Source: Macrostomum lignano (lineage: Eukaryota). From it: a stretch of DNA of 64,000 nucleotides. Below the pieces are notes generated by a model that was given only the letters and a program-made list of their open reading frames with translations, had not been told where the DNA came from and made no database searches. The translations under genes were made by a program, and so were the position numbers. Shown in pieces: positions 38,061 to 52,208 of this stretch (the stretch's first letter is position 1; the number at the start of each line of letters is the position of its first letter). The stretch is from NCBI GenBank assembly GCA_002269645.1, contig NIVC01003527.1, positions 1 to 64,000 of the forward strand. Reading direction: 5' to 3'.

Positions 38061-41000
38061 TTTGCAAAGGCCTCAAATCTTAGTTTAACATGCATTACTC
38101 CCATCTTTGCCTTTTTCCTAACTGTTAACAAGTTTTTGTTTGAGCATGACTTCAAATTTAGAATCTATGCAAAAATAGTTCCGGGAATTAGAATTCAGTG
38201 GTTTTAAAATCTGTGGGTTTTCACAGCTTGTATCTCTACTGGATTCGTATTCTGCATCTGATGAGCCATCTGAATCAGGGCTCTCATCTTCCATGCCAAA
38301 TCGTCTAGCAAATCGTTCTTGAGCTATAGGTCACACTGTATTCACTTCACTTACTTCTGGACATTCATGAATCATGACTTTTGTAGTATGCTCACTATAC
38401 TGTACTGACATTCTGACAATTTACTAATTGCTTCATGCCGCCACTAGATGACACTGATTAGCTGTTATAAAAATGTGGAATCTGCACGCAGCACTAATTA
38501 GCTGGCGAGGCATTTAGCTTTAAAAATATGGTTATAGTTACTCTTGCCGTTTACCTAAAGTTTTTGCTTGGCTCTTTCATAGGTAAGTTGCATTTTTTAT
38601 CGAAAACTAAGTCGCACGGCCAGCGTAATTTCAGAAGTTGCGCATGTATGGTGCACGCCAATGTACGCCAATTTTTTAAAACCCTTAACATGACGTTTCT
38701 GTTGCATGCCAAAAATCTTGAATACCAAAAATCATGTACGCCTCATGTACGTGTGATTTGAATATTAACTGTATTACTCTATTAGATACTATTTTTAAAT
38801 AAATTTTCTAATTACGTTAAACAAAGTTTATATAAAAAAAGGAAATTCACTACAAAGAACATAGTGAGTATCAAAAACTTTTTCTTCACATTTCAAGAAA
38901 CAAATAAACTAAAAGTCTACAAGAGTCACAAAATAAGAGCGTTTAAAAGTTATTGCAGATTTTAATTTTAATGTAGGCTGTAGAGTGTCAGGCCTGGCTG
39001 TAGGCTAGGCTGTAGCCTCAACTAGTTGGTTTAATCAATATTCAAATTCAATTGTTCACGTTTAACTTTATATATTGTATATATATAGTGTATACATCTA
39101 TATCTGACTTGTTGATATACTGTCAGTTTGTAATTGCATGCCAAGGTTATACGCCAAGTATTAAAAACTTGTACACTGAAAATTTAGGCGTGGCTTGAGA
39201 CCTCTATTTGCACGCCAACTTTGCACGCCAAAATTTTAGCGTGGCTTGTGCACGCGGGAAAATTCCCGCATGCAGGCCACCTTCCTGAGTATGGCCCCCC
39301 CCCTAGCCATAGCTCATAGATACCCTTTTTTTGTAAAAATTCCCCCACAGATGGGCCTTGAATTTAAAGAGTCCACATATAGTGCATTGTGTATATAATG
39401 TCACAATTTCAAGAGCAACAAGGGTCCTTTATTTTGCAACTCTACAAAAACGAAAAACCTCATGGGCCCCATGCTACATATAAAGCATAACTACTAATCA
39501 TGCACTGCATGCAACTTCTATGGCAGCCAAAAAATGTTCTCACGTGGCTGGTACATCCACAAGACTAGGCCCCTCTTGCTCCCTAGTTGAAGGCTATGCA
39601 TATTGAAAGAGCCATTTATTAAGTTGAACATAAACTTTTGTTATAGAGGGCCTGTTTTTTATAGAAATATTTTCTTTTTTAAGATTTATTAGACACTAAG
39701 CCCTATTAACTAATAGTGACATTTGCTTTTTATTACTAATTAAATCAATTTATCAAAGTATAAATTTTAGTAAGTATAATTTATTAGTAAAACAATAGCC
39801 ATTGACAATACTATGTAGTTTCTTTGTCAAAAAACTTTAAGCATTAAAGCATTTTATATATTATTTTTAAACTAAGCATATATAGAGCAAATTGAGAAAT
39901 GCAACAATTTTTTGTTTTTTGTTTTCTAAGCTTAATATCTCAAGAAATCACAAATGAAACAAATCATATTTATAAATAAACCTAAATTAGAAACATTAAA
40001 GCTAGGCCTAATACTATATTTTTTATTATATATTTTTCATGTTCTAATCAAATTGCTAATTAAACAAATTAATTAACCATCTTTTATAAGTTTATAATAA
40101 CAACAAATCAATAAAAAATTGTCTACAAAGAAAAGCTAAAAATAGTCAAGTTTTTCTCAAATAGTATATTCCTAGAAATAGGTATATAGCCAGGATTCAC
40201 ATCAAATGGGGGGAGAAAGATATAATTCTATCTCTAATAGAAGTAATAGAAGTAAAATACAAAGGCAGTAAAACCCCCCTCCTAGGAAGGAAACATGTCT
40301 CTAATGTCTACCCCTTGGCTATGCCCCACTCCTAAGATAGCCAGTTGCAGAAAAATCTAACTCAACAAAGGGGGAGGGGCTACCCCCTCTAAATCTACCA
40401 CTGAAGACAGCTAGATAGCTAATTGGGTAGGCCTTAATAATACTAGTTTTATACAAATTTTGTCATTAAAAAGATTGTTGTTTTTTGCTATAGAAAATTT
40501 GGAAAATTAAAATTATGACAATCTAATAAAGAAAATGCATGTAAAGTGCTCAGAGAGGAGTCTGTTATACACCCTTTGGGGGATAGGGCACAGTTGAACC
40601 AAGATCCATGCTCAACTTTCATTGGCTCATGGATCTTAGCAGTCATTTACTACAGTCATTTTGCAGTTTTCACTACAGCCAGTTACCCGTTTGTCAGCTA
40701 CCACTTCGAAATTTGTTAACTTGTTTACTTACTGTAAGTCTATAGTTGAGGTCCTGCTACATTATAGTTTATAGCTTTTGTTTCCATTGTCAGTTTTAAT
40801 GATGTTAAAGTTAGTATGAAAAAGAGAGTTGCCACTAAAAAATTGTGCAAAATTATGTTATTTGGATCAGCAGAATGAGAGATATAATGAAAAGTAACAC
40901 TACTTTTGGGACACCCCTTATAGTTACTCATGCCATTTACCCAAAATTAGCCAACCCTACTATCTTGGGTTGGCTAATAATGCAACAAAACAAAATAAAT

Positions 41001-41239
41001 CTCAATTTTGTTTAGGTTTCTTTCATAGGTAAGTCACATTTTTGTTCAAAATTAAGTTATATGGCCTATGTAAATCAAAGGGAGAGGTGGTATGCATGTA
41101 TGATCTTGTTACCCTATTGGAGTAAGTGGACAAAAGGCATCCAACTGTCTATCACAATTTTGAAATTTTCTGGACAAATTCTAGTAGTGCATTGTGGCTG
41201 GAGTCAAGGTAGGTGGTGTAGCAAGGTGGGTGCAGTTTT

Positions 41240-41305
41240 GGGTAAACAGCAAGAGTAACTATGACCATCTTAATAAAGCTAAATTCTTCATCATCTAATT
41301 AGTAC
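41240..41305 (+). other. Third 28S-rRNA-derived segment, with no intact TIRs nearby
   Basis: GGGTAAACAGCAAGAGTAACTATGACCATCTTAATAAAGCTAAATTCTTCATCATCTAATTAGTAC. A decayed end fragment of the same hAT family lies at about 41010-41065. Confidence 0.8.
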
Positions 41306-41987
41306 TATGCCTGTATTTGGTGCAAGAGTTAACATGTTCTGACACTAGGAAGCTGGGTTTGGCAAAAAAGTAGCAAAAGGAAAGATAAGAACAAGCACAA
41401 GGGGATAATTATAGAGACTCTACTTTATCAGCTCAAGTTAACATAATAGTGCCTAATTATCCCCGTGCTTCTTCTCCAAAGTCTAATTTTTGTCACTTTT
41501 TTGCCAAAACCTACTTTCTGGTGTCTCTGTGAGCAGAATGATGTATCATTAGTGTACATAGGTTACTTGGGCTCCACTTTATGAGCTTTAGTTGACATGC
41601 CCTTATAAATATATGTGCATATTGCTAAAATATAATTATGCATTACATTATAAAATTATTCACAATGAAACTTAGCTATCAATATGCCTACTTTGCTATT
41701 TCTACTAAGAAATGCTTCTTGTAAATAAGCAGTCTGAAACCTTAATATGATCATAAGATTTTAAAATACATGCAATATTAAATACATATTGTCATAAACA
41801 TCAGAAGATAATGCTGTCCAAGAATAACTTTTTAATGATTTTAACTGCTGAGCCAAGCCATGACCTCATCTATGGGTGTCAGACACTTATAAAATAGTCG
41901 TTTCACATTCTTTTCTTGCTACTTATCATTAGGTGAACTCTTATAAATCTCTCAAACCCTCCTACAGCCAAGCACAGTTATTTAAGG

Positions 41988-43519
41988 ATGTCGGAGGAGA
42001 GCGGCAGCAACCAGCCGGCAACTTTGGCGCCAGTCTACTGCAAATGCGGCTGCGGATTCTATGCCTCGGCCCAGTTTGATGGCATGTGCAGCGTCTGCTT
42101 CAAGGCTACAGCTGATGGAGATGCCGCAGCGGCTGTTTCAGTCACTGTCAGTGCGGCTGGTGCCGCGTCGGCTGATGATGCGGCTTCTGCGACAGCTTCC
42201 TCTGATGGTAACTGGATTCAAGATCCTCCTTTTATCTGGGTTATCCTCCCAGATCCTCAGTTGCTGGGTTACCCTCCCAGATTCTCAGTTGCTGGGCCAG
42301 CCTCCCAGATCCTCAGTTGCTGTGCCAGCCTCCCAGATCCTCAGTTGCTGTGCCAGCCTCCCAGATCCTCAGTTGCTAGGCCAGCCTCCCAAATCCTCAG
42401 TTGCTGGGCCAGCCTCCCATATCCTCAATTGCTAAGCCAGCCTCCCAGCTCCTCAGTTCCTAGGTCAGCCTCCCAGATCCTCAGTTGCTAGGCCAGCCTC
42501 CCAGATCCTCAGTTGCTGGGCCAGCCTCCCAGATCCTCAGTTGCTAGGCCAGCCTCCCAGATCCTCAGTTGCTGATCCAGCCTCCCAGATCCTCAGTTTC
42601 TGATCCAGTCTCCCAGATCCTCAGTTGCTAGGCCTCCAGCCTCCCAGATCCTCAGTTGCTGGGCCAGCCAGCCAGATCCTCAGTTGCTGGGCCAGTCTCC
42701 CAGATCCTTAGTTGCTGTGCCAGCCTTCCAGATCCCCAGATGCTGGGCCAGCCTCCCAGATTCTCAGTTGTTGGGTTACCCTCTCAGATCCCAAGTTGAT
42801 GGGTTACCATCCTTGATCGTCAGTTGCTAGGCCAGCCTCCCATTCCTAAAATTTTTCTTTAAATTTACATAGCGCTAATCAAAATTTTTAAATCTGCTAA
42901 TTGTTCCACCCAAGCCTCAGCAGAAACCCCTACGGCTGAGGAGTCTCAAGCATCGCCTCAGCAGCAGCAACAACAGCAACAGCAACTTCCCCTACCACTG
43001 TCAATCCCAACGCCGCAGTCCATAGCCGCTATGCTTGCCGTTCCAACGGACGATGGCTCCGCCTCCTCTCGGGGTGCTTTCTGTGGTGAGCCAGTTCTTG
43101 AATATTTGCTACTTGCTTAGCGTGTTTTGCTACTTTTTAGAGTAAAGTGTTTTGAATGTTTGTTACAATAAATAAATTTATTACCAGCAACTGCACACAC
43201 AATTGCAGACGCCAGTAGCGGCAGCGGAAGCGGCAGCGTCGTTGGCGGAAGCAGCGAATTGAAGAGGCGAAATCGGTGCCACGCCTGCAAGAAGCGGGTG
43301 GGATTGACGGGTGCGTTCTGGGCAGCTGAGCTTATTGAGTTGGAGGCGTCTGCGGGCTGCCGTAGGATATGCCAGCGTGACCTGGGTGTCTGATAGGGTT
43401 ACCACGTATCTGTCTGTCTGTCTGTCATCTATAGATCTATAATATCTATCCATCCATCTATCTATCTATCCATCTATCTATCTATCTATCTATCTATCTA
43501 TATATCTGTCTATCTATCC

Positions 43520-43554
<35 letters not shown>

Positions 43555-43603
43555 CATCTATCTATCTATCTACCTATCTATCCATCTATCTATCTATCTA
43601 TCC

Positions 43604-43648
<45 letters not shown>

Positions 43649-43680
43649 CCTATCTATCCATCTATCTATCTATCTATCCC

Positions 43681-43730
<50 letters not shown>

Positions 43731-43835
43731 CATCTATCTATCTATCTATCTACCTATCTATCCATCTATCTATCTATCTATCCATCTATCTATCTATCCA
43801 TCCATCTATCCATCTATCTATCTATCTATCTATCC

Positions 43836-43885
<50 letters not shown>

Positions 43886-44007
43886 TTATATATCTATCTA
43901 TCGATATATCTATCTATCTATCTATCTATCTATCCATCCATCTATCTATATATCTATCTATCGATCTATCTATCGATCTATCTATCTATCCATCCATCTA
44001 TCTATCG

Positions 44008-44054
<47 letters not shown>

Positions 44055-44239
44055 CATCCACTATCCGGCCGCTGCCCCACCCCACACCAGGCTTCGAGTG
44101 CCGGTGCGGCGGTACCTATTGCCCAGCGCACCGCTACAGCGACAAGCACGACTGCTCGTTTGACTATCGCAGCCACGGCAGGCACGAGATTCGCAAGGCC
44201 AATCCTCAGGTCCTGTCTAGTAAAGTCGACCGGCTTTGA
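41988..44239 (+). CDS. A20/AN1-type zinc finger protein (ZFAND5/ZFAND6-like), 4 coding exons
   Basis: Exons 41988-42207, about 42915-43085, 43209-43310 and 44091-44239, all phase 1. A20 finger [15 protein letters not shown]; AN1 finger [13 protein letters not shown]|[25 protein letters not shown]; ends [14 protein letters not shown]. Confidence 0.94.
42225..42840. repeat. 28-bp minisatellite CCTCCCAGATCCTCAGTTGCT(A/G)GGCCAG
   Basis: In ZFAND intron 1; inverted copy of the 20305-21065 unit. Confidence 0.95.
43405..44065. repeat. (TCTA)/(TCCA) microsatellite
   Basis: In ZFAND intron 3. Confidence 0.96.
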
Positions 44240-44454
44240 GCTTCATTTTGTTGCATCCGGGATTGCACAGATAATTAATAGGCATTAGTAAGGTGCAGAG
44301 ATTAATGTACTGAAAGCTAAATCTTGAATAAGTTTGCTTTATCTGCTATCTTTCTGTATTTATCGAATGCGCTGGTTTGTTTGGTTTGATTTTTTTACGT
44401 CAAGTAAAGTTCGATATTCTCTCGTGACTGGTTATTTATCAGATTCCATTCAGA

Positions 44455-44660
44455 TTTGGGGTCATCCTCAAGGCAGACTTGGTCATACTCAAGGTCGACT
44501 TGGTCATACTCAAGGTAGACTTGGTCATACCTAAGGTACACTTGGTCATGCTCAAGGCAGACTTGGTCATACCTAAGGTACACTTGGTCATGCTCAAGGC
44601 AGACTTGGTCATACCTAAGGTACACTTGGTCATGCTCAAGGTAGACTTGGTCATCCTCAA
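44455..44660. repeat. 21-bp minisatellite AAGGCAGACTTGGTCATACTC
   Basis: Direct inspection. Confidence 0.9.
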
Positions 44661-45409
44661 TGTACAGATACTCAAAGTACACAGTAAAATATTGAGAGTC
44701 GAAATTAAATAATTTAATTGCTTTGAATGTACATGCTGATATTATTTAAATAATCTGTTTTATAAGGCCCGCTTGCTTCTCTGCGTATGTTTTGTACCCT
44801 TAATATCGTTTCCAAAATTCCTGCTATTTGTTTGTACCCTGTTTGTTTTTATGAATCCCAACTTCGTATGTCTTACAATACAATTTAGAACTAGTATTGC
44901 ACGTAGTTATCTTGTCATATAATCTTAAATACTAACTACCCCTTAGATAGAAGTGTTTGCTTCGAAGATCTGATTTTTTCCCTTGTTTTGATTTTTTGAA
45001 CAGCAATTATCTTACTTTGACTGTCGTCTTTGGATTATTCTAAAGAGAACTGTTTGATATCCAATTTTAAATAATCACAGATACTGGAATAACTAGATAT
45101 GTCAGTCGCATGAAATGCTTTAAAAATTCGATAAAATTTTACAGTTATTTAAAGTTTCAACAGTCGCCTCTAGCTTTCTAAAAGCAGACCCATTGAATTA
45201 GCATCTTCATTCAGTTTTACCGACTCCAAACTGACTTAGACTTGAAACTTATTAAAAAGAAATCAATTTAAGACTGAAAGATTGCAGTGAAACTTGAAAA
45301 CTCAAATCCAGTGCGTGAGCATCGCGAGCAAGAGAAAAAAGGGTTGGGCGAGCCCCACCCCCGCAGATAAACAGTTTGGCTTTCCTCTTGCCCCGCTTGT
45401 GCATGACTT

Positions 45410-45640
45410 TGACCTCTCTCCTTGCTGCTCTCTCATTGGCTGAGCTAGATTGGGCCTGTCCCCCAGGCTGAGTTTCGTCCGTCTGGCTTTGATCCTTACT
45501 TCTTTCTCATTGGCTGAGCTAGATTGGGCCTGCCTCTAGGCTAAGTTTCGTTCGTCTGGCTTTGTCCTCTCTCATTGCTGCTCTCATTGGCTGAGCCTAG
45601 ATTGGTCCTTGAGTTTTGTCCGTCTTGCGTTCATTTGTGT
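45410..45640. repeat. Triplicated ~85-bp module with paired ATTGG (CCAAT) boxes
   Basis: Three degenerate copies of CTCTCATTGGCTGAGCTAGATTGGGCC...TTTCGTCCGTCTGGCTTTG. Confidence 0.7.
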
Positions 45641-46434
45641 GCACCGTGTTAGATGGCTTGTTGTTCATTCTTCACCCCATATACTTCTGAGGCCGCAAAC
45701 CCAGAGGAAAGGAAAGGAAATTTTTGCTTCCATTTTAAATTTAAGTGCTACTGCTCAGACAAACTACTGAATAAAAAAGTAGACGCTCTACCTTATTCAC
45801 AATTTTTATTGCGAGTGGCATATCAAGTTATTTCTAATACATTAGTATCTAAGACTTAATTAATTGTATTACTTCTCGACTACAGACAAAATTTTTGTTC
45901 AGAACTTGATTCGATTTTTTAATACTTTTTATTTATAATTCATATTTAACTGCTTTATAGATGTTAAACTAAGTAAGTTTTTTTCTGTGTGACGACTGAG
46001 TAGCGAAACGTGAGTGACAATGTTGTGTACTTGCTGCTTCGGCTCTTTTACGTAGTACCCATTTCTCCCAGCTGTGACTAACTATCTACCTGCGTAGCGT
46101 TGTTGCTAGGGCAACTATAAAACTTGATGACTAAATGCATGTTTATTATATCTCATTCAGTATGCTATTTGTTAGCTTGCGTAACTACCCAACAATATAT
46201 GTCTTCTGTTACTGTTAATTATAACAATAGTTGATATTAATATCGTTTATTGTGCTTAATCCTTTTCTTGTAGCTGTATAAGAATAAGCCTATACAGTAT
46301 ACACACTGATCTGTTAGATAAGAATTCTTTTACTTGGCTAAAACATGTAGAAACAAAATCTTGTGCGTCATTATGCGCCCCCTCTGCTACCCTCCACTAC
46401 TACCCACTTCTATCATTATCGTTAAAATCCATAT

Positions 46435-47250
46435 TTTCAATCAAAATCCCCATAATTCAAATCAAAATCCCCATAATTCAAATAAAAATCCCCAGAACTC
46501 GAAATAAAATCCCCATCATTCAAATAAAAATCCCCATAATTCGAATTAAAATCCTAATAATTCGAATTAAAATCCCCATAATTCAATTTAAAATCCCCAG
46601 AATTCAAATTAAAATCCCCAGAATTCGAATTAAAATCCCCATCATTCAAATAAAAATCCCCATAATTCGAATTAAAATCCTAATGATTCGAATTAAAATC
46701 CCCATAATTCAATTTAAAATCCCCAGAATTCAAATTAAAATCCCCAGAATTCGAATTAAAATCCCCATAATTCAAATAAAAATCCCCAGAATTCAAATTA
46801 AAATCCCCAGAATTCAAATTAAAATCCCCAGAATTCAAATACAAATCCCCGGAATTCAAATTAAAATCCCCAGAATTCGAATTAAAATCCCCAGAATTCA
46901 AATTAAAATCCCCAGAATTCGAATTAAAATCCCCATAATTCAAATAAAAATCCCCAGAATTCAAATAAAAATCCCCAGAATTCAAATTAAAATCCCCAGA
47001 ATTCAAATACAAATCCCCGGAATTCGAATTAAAATCCCCAGAATTCGAATTAAAATCCCCATAATTCAAATAAAAATCCCCATAATTCAAATAAAAATCC
47101 CCAGAATTCAAATTAAAATCCCCAGAATTCAAATTAAAATCCCCAGAATTCAAATACAAATCCCCGGAATTCGAATTAAAATCCCTATCATCAAATTAAA
47201 ATTCCCATAATTCGAATTAAATTCCCCATAGTTCAAATCAAAATCCCTAG
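46435..47250. repeat. 21-bp minisatellite AAAATCCCCAGAATTCAAATT
   Basis: Direct inspection. Confidence 0.95.
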
Positions 47251-47889
47251 AATTGATATTCGAATCCCAATCTTAATTCAGCCATCGCTAAGATTCAGAC
47301 TCCGCTGAATTAAGGTCGCATTTATCTTATCAAGTTTTTCGTTGCTGCGCAGCAAATTCAAATATCATCTATTTATCAGCCGGCTTTAAAAATTTATGGA
47401 ATCCTAATTTGAGTCCGTCTTTTTTCGATGGCCGCCTCCGTGGCGCCTCAGCCTCCCGCGAGTTCGCGTGACTCCGAGGCCGAAGATCCGGGAGCAGAGG
47501 GGAAAGGGAAGTTCGACTCAATTGAGAAGGTTTTTTTAATTTTCTGTTATTTTCTATGGTAATATTACTAAAAGAGAGCCATATTTTTGCCAGGAAAGGC
47601 ATCATATGACGCTTTGCCTCTTCTGATCCGCCGGCTCAGGTCAGGAAAGAATTTTCACGAGTGCTGCTGTGATTTGAAATATTTTAGCGGTAACTTTTCT
47701 TTGAAAATTTGCCCCCTTTCTGTTGATTTTTGGGGTGCACCAACGCCACTGCTAATCTGAAGTCTTCATTGCTTATTGAAATCAGTGATATTGGCAGTTA
47801 TAATTCGCGCCGGGTTTAAGGTTTTGGCGCCCGATTTGATGCTCTGTTGCTAGGTTTGGGGTTTTGATATCCATGTCGAATTCAATCAC

Positions 47890-48640
47890 TAATCTGGCGC
47901 CGGATCCACTAGACTTGGCGCCATATTCACTAGACTGGCGCTATGTTTACTAGACTAAGCGCCAGATTCACTAGACTTAGCGCCAGATTCACTAGACTTG
48001 GCGCCAGATTCACTAGACGTGCCAAATTCACTAGACTGGTGCCAAATTCACTAGACTTGGCGCCAGATTCACTAGACTGGTGCCAAATTCACTAGACTGG
48101 CGCCAGATTCACTAGACTGGTGCCAGATTCACTAGACTTGGCGCCAGATTCACTAGACTAGCGCCAGATTCACTAGACTGGTGCCAGATTCACTAGACTG
48201 GTGCCAGATTCACTAGACTGGCGCCAGATTCACTAGACTTGGCGCCAGATTCACTAGACTAGCGCCAGATTACTAGATTGATGCCAGATTCACTAGACTG
48301 GCGCCAAATTCACTAAACGGGCGCCAGATTCACTAGACTGGCGCCAGATTCACTTGATTTGCGCCAGATTACTAGATTGATGCCAGATTCACTAGACTGG
48401 CGCCAAATTCACTAAACGGGCGCCAGATTCACTTGACTTGCGCCAGATCCATTAGAATGGCGCCAGATTCACTAGACTGACGCTAAATTTACTAAACTGG
48501 TTCCAGATTCACTAGACTGGCGCCAAATTCACTAAACTGGCGCCAGATTCACTAGATTTAGCTCCAGATTCACTAGACTTAGCGCCAGATTCACTAGACT
48601 TAGCGCCAAATTCACTAGACTTGGCGCCAGATTCACTAGA
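47890..48640. repeat. 20-bp minisatellite GGCGCCAGATTCACTAGACT
   Basis: Direct inspection. Confidence 0.95.
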
Positions 48641-49309
48641 CAGCAGGCTAGTTATGTATATATGTACATACATCAGTACTGTGTAAAAAATTGTCTTTGA
48701 CAAAGCTACGTAGAGCTTAGCCTAGCCGGGATCAACGGTGCCACAATGGGGCCGGCCTCCCCGTCTGTAATTCGGTATGCCATTGACTAATCCTATTCAG
48801 TCTTGCCTCCGCGCCGGCATATACATAAGTAATAACTAATAATAATTATATGCGCCAGCTTCAGCTCCAGAAGCCAGTTTTTTCGCGGTCTAATTCACAT
48901 TCACAGGAAGAAATTTTCTGGTCAAGTTCTATCAATAGTCACAGAATTGGGGCTCGGGCGGCAGCAATTATCTATGCATATTTATTCATGTAAAATTGTC
49001 ATAGCCATATGGTGCCAGAGATAAAACTGCTGGTGTTGCGTGTCTCGACTTTTACTTTGTCACATTATAGATGCCTTTAAAGGCTGAGACTTTACGTAGC
49101 CTGTGGTTTCTGTATTTGGTTCATTAAAAATTTTGACAGAAGAATACTTCTGACAACATTTATAGATAGACGCTTCGATTAAATCCATGGAAAAGTTTTA
49201 AAGATCTGCATGTACTTTTATTAAGCTTCTTTTTTAAATTATCTCAGTAGTAATCGGTATGTGTTGTTCTTTGCACAGCGGTTGTGTCCTGCTGTCCAGT
49301 GTGTTACAT

Positions 49310-49730
49310 GGTGGTCCTTGGTAATGTCTTTGGTAAAGTCGTCCTTGGCAATGTTGTCTTTGGTAAATTCGTCCTTGGTAAAGTTGTCTTTGGTACTCGT
49401 AAAGTCGTCCTTGGTAGTGTTGTCTTTGGTAAAGAGGTCCTTGGCAATGTTGTCTTTGGTAAAGTTGTCCTTGGTAGTGTTCTTTGATTTAAGTGGTCCT
49501 TGGTAAAGCTGTCTTTGGTAAAGTCGTCCTTGACAATGTTGTCTTTGGTAAAGTCGTCCTTGGTAAAGTCGTCCTTGGTAAAGTTGTCTTTGGCACTCGT
49601 AAAGTCGTCCTTGGTAAAGTTGTCTTTGGTAAAGAGGTCCTTGGCAATGTTGTCTTTGGTAAAGTCGTCCTTGGTAAAGTGTTCTTTGATTAAAGTGGTC
49701 CTTGGTAAAGCTGTCTTTGGTAAAGGTGGT
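49310..49730. repeat. 15/30-bp minisatellite GTC(C/T)TTGGTAAAGT(T/C)
   Basis: Direct inspection; higher-order duplication of about 180 bp. Confidence 0.9.
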
Positions 49731-50649
49731 CGTTGATAAAGTGGTGGCCTCAGTGTCTGGTACGAGTATATCAGCGGCTCAACGCAACGCTTCAAAGAGT
49801 TTCAACATCAAACGGATTCGTTTTGACTTGCCGCTTCGCTGCTCACCCCCTATAGGGCGTTTATTTATTTAGTCTCAAAGTCTATAACTATAATTTATTG
49901 CAGACCTGCATGGTTGGTCATAGCTACAGTACTCAGGGTCAGATGTATAAATTTATTAAGTTTTTCGTGCATACCAACGTGCGAGTCCCGGTTTCCTCAC
50001 ACCTGCTACATCTTTGATAAAAAAAGAAAATAATTTTGTGACTGAGCAATCATTATATTTGAACGCAAAAACTAAAAGTGCATTTCAGGCACCGCTTATG
50101 GAAGTTCAATTTGCGTCTCGAAAATTCTTTTAGCGAGATAGGAATTGTTCAGTTATTTAGTGCTAACTTGTTAATTTCTCACATTTAGAGATTGACATTT
50201 CTATGCTAAATTTCGTTCAAAAGATGTTTATTAAATTGAAAAAGTACAGTACGTATGTTCTTTAAACGTTCGTTTTTTCAGCAGAATGCACTGTATTGAA
50301 TGGGTTTTTACCACAGACAGTCTTGGAACAAAAAAAGCCATTAAATTCCAAGCGTAAGTCGGTGAACTGATATCCCGATAGCTTAGCGTTCTTTATTTAT
50401 ATGCGTATGTAGCAGAAATGTAGCCATAAAACGCAATAATTACATGCATGTTTTGTGTGTTGGATTTCGCGGAAAATATTTATAGAAGCGACGAATGAAC
50501 GTTCATATAATTAACTTATTTTATTTTTACTATAGTTACATATGCACTATCAAATTCTATTCATTATGCTTGTTGTTTAGTTACGAACAAAAGCTTACAT
50601 GTTGCGAACAGTATATAACAAGCAAAAGTTCCACGAAAAGTTATAGTTT

Positions 50650-51160
50650 CACCTGTTCACACAATGGTTACGCCTGTTCACACAATATTTACACCTGTTC
50701 TCACAATGGTTACGCCTGTTCACACAATATTTACACCTGTTCTCACAATGGTTACGCCTGTTCACACAATATTTACACCTGTTCTCACAATGGTTACGAC
50801 TGTTCACACAATGGTTACACCTGTTCACACATGGATCCCACCTGTTCACACATGGATCCCACCTGTTCACGCTATGATTTCACCTCTTCACACAATGATT
50901 TCACCTCTTCACACTATGATTTCACCTCTTCACACTATGATTTCACCCCTTCACACAATGATTTCAACTCTTCACACTATGATTTCACCTCTTCACACAA
51001 TGGTTTCACCTCTTCACACAATGATTTCACCCCTTCACGCTATGATTTTACCTCTTCACACTATGATTTCACCTCTTCACACAATGATTTTACCTCTTCA
51101 CGCTATGATTTCACCTGTTCACTCAATGATTTTACCTCTTCACACTATGGTTTCACAATA
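50650..51160. repeat. 21-bp minisatellite CACCT(G/C)TTCACAC(A/T)ATG(G/A)TT(A/T)
   Basis: Direct inspection; the unit sequence drifts along the array. Confidence 0.92.
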
Positions 51161-51241
51161 GAAGTTGATGATTAAAAGAGGCTTAAATGAAGTCATTAGC
51201 TTTCGCTGAATGAACAAACTCAGACGCGCAAAATTAAATTC

Positions 51242-51997
51242 TCAGTTTGCCTCTTCCTTCCGTCGCATAGCCACCAGTTCCAAAGCTTCATCTCGCGCCT
51301 GCGGCTGCTTCACCTGATTTTGCTGCTCCTGACCACGCGGCGGCTGGTCCTCTACCAGCTGCTGCCGCTGCTGCCGCTGCTTATTTTGAATTCCCAGCAG
51401 TCGGAAAGCCTCAGCTTTGAAGGTCGGTCCAACCAGACAGTACAGCAGGAAGTGCATCGCGTAGCTCAGATTGAACAGCAGGTAGGACAGCATCTGCACC
51501 ACGTACACAAGGTTTGCCAGCCTCGGTCGCTCCAGAATCTCTTCGCGTTTGGAATTAAGCAGCTTCATCACCAGCAGGTAGGGCAGCGAAGAGATCAGGT
51601 AGAACAGGTTGGTGCTGAGCAGCATCTTCGTGAGGTTGCCGCCCCAGCCGCCTGAGCAGCCAATGCCGCGAGGCTTTCGTTTCTGTCGGCGCTTCTTGTT
51701 CAGGCTGGCCTCCCGTCTGAGCCGCAGGCGGCGGAGCCGGCGAGCGATGAGCAGGTTGGCGCACAGCATGATGAGGAACGGCCCCACCGTCACCAGGGCG
51801 GGGTCAACGTACGTCACATAGGCGTGCTTGATCAGCGGATCGTGAATGTGACACTTCATGGTTTGGTTGAGCTCGCCGCCTTCTTGGCGCGGCTCCAGCC
51901 TGTGGGATGGAGAGGACTTGCTGTCTGTCTGTGTGTCTGTCTGTGTGTCTGTCTGTTTGTCTGTCTGTCTGTCTGCCTGTCTGTCTGTCTGTCTGTG

Positions 51998-52033
<36 letters not shown>

Positions 52034-52053
52034 GGTCTGTCTGTCTGTCTGTG

Positions 52054-52105
<52 letters not shown>

Positions 52106-52121
52106 GGTCTGTCTGTCTGTG

Positions 52122-52208
<87 letters not shown>

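Noticed and set aside
38118-38330. 70-codon acidic open frame inside the nested hAT, as a possible transposase remnant
   Set aside because: No BED finger or DDE motifs, and the homologous segment at 21.8 kb has a stop in the equivalent frame.
41988-42491. 167-aa single-exon ZFAND ORF as given in the track
   Set aside because: After 42207 it reads into the intronic 28-bp repeat; the AN1 finger is on downstream exons.
46680-47210. NSGDFNL / KIPRIQI repeat proteins
   Set aside because: In-frame products of a 21-bp minisatellite with no unique flanking coding sequence; the same applies at 44395-44712, 49304-49795, 50495-51175 and 63369-63710.
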